Of a stretch of DNA of 57,433 nucleotides, positions 50,989 to 57,433 are shown piece by piece; the first letter of the stretch is position 1; each line of letters starts with the position of its first letter. This DNA is from Cellulomonas sp. (GTDB taxonomy: Bacteria > Actinomycetota > Actinomycetes > Actinomycetales > Cellulomonadaceae), in contig JAKLPK010000057.1 of the NCBI GenBank assembly GCA_022013895.1, forward strand, positions 1 through 57,433, given 5' to 3'. The notes under the pieces were generated by a model. It worked only from the letters and a program-made list of their open reading frames with translations, did no database searches and was not told where the DNA came from. Both the position numbers and the translations under genes were made by a program.

Positions 50989-51228
50989 ATGTGTGTAGGA
51001 GTCCCGGCGCTCATCACGTCGATCAGCGGCGACGTGCTGCCGATGGCCTCGATCGACCTGGCCGGCCGCCACGAGGAGTGCTGCCTGGCCTACCTTCCCG
51101 AGGCGGGGGTCGGCGACCACGTGCTCGTGCAGAACGGGTTCGCCGTGCAGCTCCTGGACCCCGAGGCCGCCGCCGCATCCCTCGCGGCGTTCGTCGAGCT
51201 CGGGGTCCTGGCGCCACCTGCGCCGTAG
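50989..51228 (+). CDS. hypC: HypC/HupF hydrogenase chaperone
   Basis: MCVGVP N-terminus, VGDHVLV..GFA. Confidence 0.88.
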   Translation: MCVGVPALITSISGDVLPMASIDLAGRHEECCLAYLPEAGVGDHVLVQNGFAVQLLDPEAAAASLAAFVELGVLAPPAP

Positions 51229-51248
51229 AGCCGACCACGGCGCCGCGG

Positions 51249-51653
51249 TCAGGCCTCGATGGGCTCGAACGTCAGGCTCACCGAGTTCATGCAGTACCGC
51301 TGGCCCGTCGGGGTGGACGGGGCATCGTCGAACACGTGCCCGAGGTGCGAGCCGCAGCGGGCGCACACGACCTCGGTGCGGGTCATGCCGAGGCTCGTGT
51401 CGGTCCGCTCGACCACTGCGTCACCGGCGAGCGGGGTGAAGAAGCTCGGCCAGCCGCAGTGCGAGTCGAACTTGGCGTCCGAACGGAACAGCTCGGCCGA
51501 GCACGCGCGACAGCGGTACACACCCGCCCGGTGCTCGTCGAGCAGCTCCCCCGTCCACGCGCGTTCGGTGCCCGCGCGGCGCAGCACGGCGTACTCCTGC
51601 GGCTCGAGCTCGAGCCGCCACTGCTCGTCCGTCTTGTCGATCTGGTATCCCAT
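51249..51653 (-). CDS. msrB: peptide-methionine (R)-S-oxide reductase
   Basis: GTER, CRAC, KFDSHCGWPSF, HLGHVF, RYCMNS. Confidence 0.96.
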   Translation of the reverse strand: MGYQIDKTDEQWRLELEPQEYAVLRRAGTERAWTGELLDEHRAGVYRCRACSAELFRSDAKFDSHCGWPSFFTPLAGDAVVERTDTSLGMTRTEVVCARCGSHLGHVFDDAPSTPTGQRYCMNSVSLTFEPIEA

Positions 51654-51685
51654 GGGTTCCTCCTGGTCGTCCCTCGCACGGGTGA

Positions 51686-51711
51686 AACAGCGCGGCGTGC
51701 CGCCACGTTCC
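51686..51711 (-). promoter_or_regulatory. SigR/SigH-type ECF promoter of msrB
   Basis: Minus strand GGAAC-N18-GTT. Confidence 0.7.
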
Positions 51712-51802
51712 CACGGGGTCTGCCGCGGACCGTGGTCGGCCGTCTAGCGTGTGCCCTGAGGCGCCGGTCGGCGCGTCGATCCATGGAGCGAGGGAGTTGG
51801 TC

Positions 51803-53830
51803 GTGCGCTCCTCCGGTCGTCGCCGGCTCGGGTTGACCAGGTACTTCGTGCTGGTCAGCGCGGTCTCGATGGCCACGCTCGGGTTCGTCCTCATCGCGGT
51901 GACCTCGGACGCGCTGCGTGAGCAGAGCACCCGGACCGCTGCTGCTGCCGCCCGGGACATGATGGTCGAGGTCGTCCGTCCGCTCGAGGTCCGCGACCTT
52001 CGCGCGGGCACCCTGGACGCCACGGACCGGGCGAACGTCGACGCCGCCGTCGAGCGGTTCGCCGACCGGACGGTCGAGGTCCGGCTGTGGACCACCTCGG
52101 GCTCGCTCGCGTACTCGACGGCGGACTCACCCGAGCCGACGGTCCCCGATCGGGCCCTGTTCGACCAGGCGGTGGCCGACGGTCGCTCACGCACCCGTGC
52201 GACGACGGACGAGCACACCGAACCGGACGGTTCCACCACCGATCGACCCGCGCTCGACGTCTACGTCCCCGTGCACGCCCGGGACATCGAGAGCTCGGCC
52301 CGCAGCGGCACCGACCCGGTCGTGGCCGTCGCCCAGATCCGGCTCGACGACACCGCCACGGACGCCGGGGTGGCCGGTGCGGTCCGCAAGGTCACCGCCG
52401 CCGTCGTGCTCGGTCTGCTCACCCTGTGGGTCGTGCTGCTGCGCACCGTCCACGCGACGTCGCGTCGGCTGCGGGCGGTCGCGCGGGAGAATGCGCGGCT
52501 CGCACACCTCGACTCGCTCACCGGGCTGCCCAACCGTCGGATGCTCGCCGACCGCACCCGGCATGCGATCGAACGCGCGCGCCGGGACGGCACCCGGGTG
52601 GGACTCGTGCTGCTGGACATCGACCGGTTCAAGGACATCAACGACACGCTGGGCCACGACCGGGGCGATCAGCTGCTCGAGCAGGTGGCCGAACGGCTGC
52701 GGGCCGCACTGCGCGACGACGACCTCGTGGCCCGGCTCGGTGGCGACGAGTTCGCCATCCTGCTGCCGGCCGTCGCCTCCGTCGACAGTGCACAACGACG
52801 CGCCGAGCAGGTGCGGACCCTGTTCGCACCGCCGTTCGAGCTGGGCGAGCTGGTGCTGCACGTCGAACCGTCGATCGGGGTCGCCTGCCTGCCGGACCAC
52901 GCGGACGACGCCTCGGCCCTCATGCGGACGGCCGATGTCGCGATGTACCGGGCGAAGCACTCCCGTACCGGTGTCGCGGTCTACTCGACCCAGACCGACG
53001 AGTCCTCGGCGGTGCGGCTGCAGCTGCTCGGCGAGCTGCACCAGGCGCTCCGCGAATCACGCCAGGACGAGCTGCAGATGTACTACCAGCCGAAGGTCGA
53101 CCTCTCGACCGGGCGGACCGTCGGCTTCGAGTCGCTCATGCGCTGGCACCACCCCGAACGCGGCATCCTCACGCCCGACCAGTTCGTCCCGCTCGCCGAG
53201 CAGTCCGGGGTGATCCGTGAGCTGACCCGGCACGCGCTGGCGAGCTGTGTCGCCCAGCTCGCGGCCTGGCGGGACGTGGGCTGGTACGTGCCGATCGCGG
53301 TGAACCTGTCGGCGCACGACGTCACGAGCGAGACGATCGTCGATGAGATCGCCGCCCTGCTGAGCAGGTTCGACGTCCCCGCCCGGCTGCTGGAGGTCGA
53401 GATCACCGAGACCGCCCTGGTGTTCGAACCGGCGCGGATCGTCCCGGTGCTGACCCGGCTCGGACGGCTCGGCGTGCAGGTCGCGATCGACGACTTCGGC
53501 ATCGGCTCCACCTCGATCTCCCAGCTCCGGAACCTCCCGGTGGACATCCTCAAGATCGACCGGCTGTTCGTCCGTGACCTCACCGAACCGGGCCGTGAGG
53601 CACCCGAGGTGATCGTGCAGGCCATGGTCGAGCTGGCGCACAGCTTCGGCCTCACCGTGGTGGCCGAGGGCGTCGAGGACGAGCGGACCGCCGTCCTGCT
53701 CGCCCAGCTCGGGGCCGACCAGGCCCAGGGGTACTTCTACGCCCGGCCGCTGCCGGCCGATCGGCTGGAGCCGCCGCACGCCGCCGGGTCCGCGCGTCCC
53801 GCCGGGCTCACCGGACCGTTCCGGTCGTAA
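51803..53830 (+). CDS. membrane-bound diguanylate cyclase/phosphodiesterase (GGDEF-EAL)
   Basis: Two TM segments flanking a sensor region; D.LTGLPNR, RDDD I-site, RLGGDEF; ESLMRW, IDDFG, KID, VAEGVE, QGY; start approximate. Confidence 0.9.
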   Translation: MRSSGRRRLGLTRYFVLVSAVSMATLGFVLIAVTSDALREQSTRTAAAAARDMMVEVVRPLEVRDLRAGTLDATDRANVDAAVERFADRTVEVRLWTTSGSLAYSTADSPEPTVPDRALFDQAVADGRSRTRATTDEHTEPDGSTTDRPALDVYVPVHARDIESSARSGTDPVVAVAQIRLDDTATDAGVAGAVRKVTAAVVLGLLTLWVVLLRTVHATSRRLRAVARENARLAHLDSLTGLPNRRMLADRTRHAIERARRDGTRVGLVLLDIDRFKDINDTLGHDRGDQLLEQVAERLRAALRDDDLVARLGGDEFAILLPAVASVDSAQRRAEQVRTLFAPPFELGELVLHVEPSIGVACLPDHADDASALMRTADVAMYRAKHSRTGVAVYSTQTDESSAVRLQLLGELHQALRESRQDELQMYYQPKVDLSTGRTVGFESLMRWHHPERGILTPDQFVPLAEQSGVIRELTRHALASCVAQLAAWRDVGWYVPIAVNLSAHDVTSETIVDEIAALLSRFDVPARLLEVEITETALVFEPARIVPVLTRLGRLGVQVAIDDFGIGSTSISQLRNLPVDILKIDRLFVRDLTEPGREAPEVIVQAMVELAHSFGLTVVAEGVEDERTAVLLAQLGADQAQGYFYARPLPADRLEPPHAAGSARPAGLTGPFRS

Positions 53831-53863
53831 CCGACCCAGACCTGGGTGCGGAGCGACCGCTGC

Positions 53864-55234
53864 TCAGCGACCCAGGGCCCGGCCGGCGAGCAGCGTGCCG
53901 GCGGGGTCGTAGCTCCCAGACAGGTCACGCAGCCGGGATGCGGCACCGGCGCCGAAGACACGGTCGGCCCAGACCCGCCCGGACCCGTCGTCGTGACCGG
54001 CAAGGGCACCGGGGCGGACCCATCCGGCCATGCCCTGGGCGATCCGGCGCGCATCGTCGGCCACCGGATCGGGGGTACCGGCCGATGCGCTGCCAACCGT
54101 CGTGACCGACCAGGGCGCGTCCCGGTGCGCGACGGCCGATGGTCCGCGCAACGGCTCCCGGACCGCCCCGCCGAGACGGCGGACCTCGACCGACTGCTGG
54201 CGGCAACCGCTGCCGGGACCGACCAGCTCGATGAGACGGTCCGCGGCCGCGGGGCCCAGGCCGTCGAGCAGCACGTCGTGCCGCTGGCGCGGACCGGGTG
54301 CACCGTGGTCGGCGTGCACGGCACCGATCGCCGCGTAGGGCAGCACGCCGAGGGTGTCGATCAGCGGCTCGGCCACCTCACGCAGCGGCTCGATCTGCCG
54401 TTCACCCTCGGCTGGGCTGCCGATCCAGGCGAAGCGCAGCGCGAGCGTGGTGAAGCCGGACAGGGCGGCCGGGACGTGCGGGACGCTCGCCATCCGGGCG
54501 ACCGCGACCGACGTCGTGCCCTCGACCGGCAACCGGGTCGCCCATCGCGCCCAGGCACGCAGGACCCGGGCGACGTCGACCTCGTCGTACCAGAGGGTCC
54601 CGGCGTAGAGCTCGGGCTGCTCGACGAGCTCGATCTGGACGGAGGTCACGATGCCGAGCGCCCCCTGCCCCCCGCGCAGCCCCCAGAACAGCTCCGGGTG
54701 GACCGTGGGCGAGACCCGCCGCAGCACACCGTCCCCGGTGACGACCTCGAGCTCGAGGATGCGGTCGCTGGAGACCCCGAACGTCCGGGCGACCGGTCCG
54801 AGCCCGCCGCTGACCAGGTGGGCGACGGCCCCGCCGGCCGCATCGGAACCGCAGACCGGGGCCAGACCGTGCCGGGCGGCGGTCTGGAGCACGGCCGACC
54901 AGCGCACACCCGCGCCGAGCTGGGCGGTGCCGTGCTGCGGGCGCACCACGAGCGCATCGAGGGACCGGGTCGTGATCAGCACGCATCCGGGCTGCACGGC
55001 GTCGCGGCCCGTCCCCCGCACCGCGACGGGGACGCCGAGCGCCCCGGCGGTCCGGACCGCTGCGGCCACATCGTGCGCCGTGAGCGCCTCGACGACGAGC
55101 GCGGGGCCGGGTCGGTGCCGGGTGTCGTGGGTGGCCGCGAGCGCCTGGTAGCCGACCGATCCGGGCAGGTGGACCCGCGCCACGGCTGCGCTCATGGCAC
55201 GGGTGAGCGGGTCGACGTCGGTCGTCACGGTCAT
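53864..55234 (-). CDS. FAD-binding oxidoreductase (VAO/BBE-like)
   Basis: GGLGP..R.FG, ELFWGLRGG.G.LGIVT, YDP.G; GGAGG RBS. Confidence 0.85.
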   Translation of the reverse strand: MTVTTDVDPLTRAMSAAVARVHLPGSVGYQALAATHDTRHRPGPALVVEALTAHDVAAAVRTAGALGVPVAVRGTGRDAVQPGCVLITTRSLDALVVRPQHGTAQLGAGVRWSAVLQTAARHGLAPVCGSDAAGGAVAHLVSGGLGPVARTFGVSSDRILELEVVTGDGVLRRVSPTVHPELFWGLRGGQGALGIVTSVQIELVEQPELYAGTLWYDEVDVARVLRAWARWATRLPVEGTTSVAVARMASVPHVPAALSGFTTLALRFAWIGSPAEGERQIEPLREVAEPLIDTLGVLPYAAIGAVHADHGAPGPRQRHDVLLDGLGPAAADRLIELVGPGSGCRQQSVEVRRLGGAVREPLRGPSAVAHRDAPWSVTTVGSASAGTPDPVADDARRIAQGMAGWVRPGALAGHDDGSGRVWADRVFGAGAASRLRDLSGSYDPAGTLLAGRALGR

Positions 55235-55308
55235 GGCGGTCCTCCGGGGCTGAGCGCAAGGCGTTCGAGGAAGGAGGAGGTGCGCCGCGTCGCGCAGATA
55301 CGCGGGCG

Positions 55309-55359
55309 GGAATACCCGACCGGAGCCCCCGGTTGAGGCGAAAGTTCATGCAGACGCAT
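55309..55359 (+). promoter_or_regulatory. SigR/SigH-type promoter plus a short palindromic operator
   Basis: GGAAT-N18-GTTG (55309-55335); ATGC-AGAC-GCAT (55348-55359). Confidence 0.65.
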
Positions 55360-55376
55360 AGATCGTGAGGCGCATC

Positions 55377-56564
55377 ATGCAGTTCGGAATCTTCTCCGTC
55401 GGCGACGTCACGCCGGACCCGCACACCGGCCGGACCCCCGACGACACCGAGCGGGTGCGCTCCATGCTCACCATCGCCCGGCACGCCGACGAGACCGGGC
55501 TCGACGTGTTCGCCACGGGTGAGCACCACAACCCGCCGTTCGTGCCGTCGTCGCCCACCACGATGCTCGGCTACCTGGCCGGGGTGACGAAGCAGATCAC
55601 GCTGTCCACCGCGACCACGCTCATCACCACGAACGACCCGGTGCGGCTGGCCGAGGAGTACGCGATGCTCCAGGTCATCTCGGACGGGCGGATGGACCTC
55701 ATGCTCGGGCGTGGCAACACCGGCCCGGTCTACCCGTGGTTCGGCAAGGACATCCGCCAGGGCATCCCGCTCGCGGTCGAGAACTACGCGCTGCTGCGCC
55801 GGCTGTGGCGCGAGGACATCGTCGACTGGACCGGCACGTTCCGCACCCCGCTGCAGGGCTTCACCTCGACCCCGAGGCCGCTGGACGGTGTCCCGCCGTA
55901 CGTGTGGCACGCCTCCATCCGGTCCCCCGAGATCGCCGAGCAGGCCGCCTACTACGGCGACGGGTTCCTGCACAACGCGATCTTCTGGCCGATGGAGCAC
56001 ACCGCCCAGATGGTCAACTACTACCGGCAGCGGTTCGAGCACTACGGGCACGGCCGCGCCGACCAGGCGTTCGTCGGGCTCGGCGGGCAGGTGTTCATGC
56101 GACCCCGCTCGCAGGACGCCGTCAACGAGTTCCGGCCGTACTTCGACGTCGCCCCCGTCTACGGGCACGGGCCGACGCTCGAGGAGTTCGCGCACGAGAC
56201 CCCGCTCACCGTCGGCTCGCCGCAGCAGGTGATCGACCGGTACGGGGCGTTCTGGGAGCAGGTCGGGCACTACCAGCGGCAGATGTTCCTCATGGACCAC
56301 GCCGGACTGCCGCTCAAGACCGTGCTGGAGCAGATCGACCTCCTCGCCGAGCAGGTGGTCCCGGTGCTGCGCGCCGAGGCCGAGGCCCGCCGGCCCGCCG
56401 ACGCCCCGTCGAACCCGCCGTCGCACGCCGATCTGGTGGCCGCGGCCCGCGCCGCCGGGACCGCCGGGGCCACCCAGGTCTCGGCCGAGGCCGACCACTG
56501 GACGGGCCGGACCGCCGAGGACGACGAGGCCGCGGCCCTGGCCGTCGAGCCCCGCACCCACTGA
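55377..56564 (+). CDS. luciferase-like monooxygenase (LLM, CE1758 type)
   Basis: MQFGIFSVGD, GEHHNPPF, DPVRLAEEYA, GRGNT. Confidence 0.9.
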   Translation: MQFGIFSVGDVTPDPHTGRTPDDTERVRSMLTIARHADETGLDVFATGEHHNPPFVPSSPTTMLGYLAGVTKQITLSTATTLITTNDPVRLAEEYAMLQVISDGRMDLMLGRGNTGPVYPWFGKDIRQGIPLAVENYALLRRLWREDIVDWTGTFRTPLQGFTSTPRPLDGVPPYVWHASIRSPEIAEQAAYYGDGFLHNAIFWPMEHTAQMVNYYRQRFEHYGHGRADQAFVGLGGQVFMRPRSQDAVNEFRPYFDVAPVYGHGPTLEEFAHETPLTVGSPQQVIDRYGAFWEQVGHYQRQMFLMDHAGLPLKTVLEQIDLLAEQVVPVLRAEAEARRPADAPSNPPSHADLVAAARAAGTAGATQVSAEADHWTGRTAEDDEAAALAVEPRTH

Positions 56565-56594
56565 CACCCGCTCCACCGGTTCGAGAGGAACCTC

Positions 56595-57212
56595 ATGACC
56601 ACCCGCTCGCTCGTCGTCCTGTCCGGCGGCGTCTCGCAGCCGTCCAGCTCCCGGCTGCTCGCCGACCGGCTCACGTCGGCCACCGTCTCGGCGCTGGCCG
56701 CACGCGGTCTGAACACCGAGGTGCGCACGGTGGACCTGCGCGACCTCGCCCACGCCACCGTCGACGCGACCCTCACCGGCTTCGCCTCCGGGCCGCTGCG
56801 CGAGGTGCTCGACGCGCTGGCCTCGGCCGACGGCGTGGTGCTGGTCAGCCCGGTCTTCGGGGCCTCCGTCGCCGGGCTGGTCAAGTCGTTCCTCGACGTG
56901 CTGGAGCCCGGGACGCTGGACGGTGTGCCCGTGCTGCTCGGCGCGACCGGCGGCACCGCCCGGCACTCCCTGGCCCTGGAGTACGCACTGCGCCCGACGT
57001 TGGCCTACCTGCGGGCCGCCGTCGTGCCCACCGCCGTGTTCGCCGCGACCGACGACTGGGCCGAGGCCGGGTCGGACGACCTGCGCCCGCTGCCCGACCG
57101 CATCGACCGGGCCGGGACCGAGCTGGCCGCCGCGGTCGCCGAGCGCGGCCACGTGGACACCGCAGGCCTGTTCGACGACGTCCCGTCCTTCTCCGACCTC
57201 CTCGGCGGCTGA
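56595..57212 (+). CDS. NAD(P)H-dependent FMN reductase (CE1759 type)
   Basis: SQPSSSRLLAD, SPVF.AS..GL.KSFLD, ATGGTARHSL. Confidence 0.9.
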   Translation: MTTRSLVVLSGGVSQPSSSRLLADRLTSATVSALAARGLNTEVRTVDLRDLAHATVDATLTGFASGPLREVLDALASADGVVLVSPVFGASVAGLVKSFLDVLEPGTLDGVPVLLGATGGTARHSLALEYALRPTLAYLRAAVVPTAVFAATDDWAEAGSDDLRPLPDRIDRAGTELAAAVAERGHVDTAGLFDDVPSFSDLLGG

Positions 57213-57244
57213 GCCCGGGGGCCGCCCGCCGTCCCCCGGCCCCG

Positions 57245-57433
57245 GCAAGTGGGCAGTTGGGCGGGCCCGGCCCGGCGTGTCGTGCGCCGAGGTGACCAGT
57301 TCCCGCCATCGCCAGCCTCGACGGCTGGCTCCGGGCCGAGGCCGGCCGCCCCGGGCCGCCCCGGCCGAGGCCGGCCGCAGGGGCACACCCCACGCAAGTG
57401 GGCAGTTGGGCGGGCCCGGCCCGGCGTGTCGTG
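57245..57433. repeat. REP-like element in tandem (149-bp period), second copy cut by window end
   Basis: Identical 40-mer GCAAGTGGGCAGTTGGGCGGGCCCGGCCCGGCGTGTCGTG at 57245-57284 and 57394-57433; first copy closes with TGACCAGTTCCCGC. Confidence 0.75.

Noticed and set aside
57245-57433. Possible CRISPR array at window end
   Set aside because: Only two 40-bp copies with a 109-bp low-complexity gap, no cas genes, and similarity to the REP-like element at 2954; sequence beyond the edge cannot be seen

Overview
Very GC-rich actinobacterial chromosome segment, probably Micrococcales or Cellulomonas-like (inferred from gene content and order). It has about 50 genes, and no IS, prophage, CRISPR array, rRNA or tRNA was seen. 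Gene content in order: end of a sugar ABC operon; trxA plus an ArsR-ArsC fusion; class III ribonucleotide reductase nrdDG with NrdR boxes; an SDR/DUF2867 protein; adhP; a DEAD/DUF1998 helicase; the Rv3654c-Rv3660c-type Tad/Flp cluster followed by an Ms1-like RNA; malic enzyme; a secreted Asp-box protein; a formate/nitrite channel; acs; a CE7 esterase/ABC/HSL-esterase/PucR module; an MprF-like gene with a divergent esterase; an mshD-ppk1 single ORF; mutT1; pit and DUF47; a [NiFe] uptake hydrogenase cluster; msrB; a GGDEF-EAL gene; and flavin enzymes. Most notable observations: (1) an unannotated ~83-nt multi-hairpin RNA with its own -10 element between a hypothetical gene and the DUF47-pit operon; (2) a hydrogenase cytochrome b apparently fused to a P-type-ATPase N-domain-like module, plus an orphan second large-subunit-like gene; (3) a recurring DosR-like GGGAC-N4-GTCCC palindrome upstream of nrdD, adhP, acs and the hydrogenase, suggesting a hypoxia/fermentation regulon; (4) an in-frame MshD-PPK1 fusion whose linker still looks like a PHO-box promoter. 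Start codons were chosen by eye, and family calls come from motif recognition without database searches.
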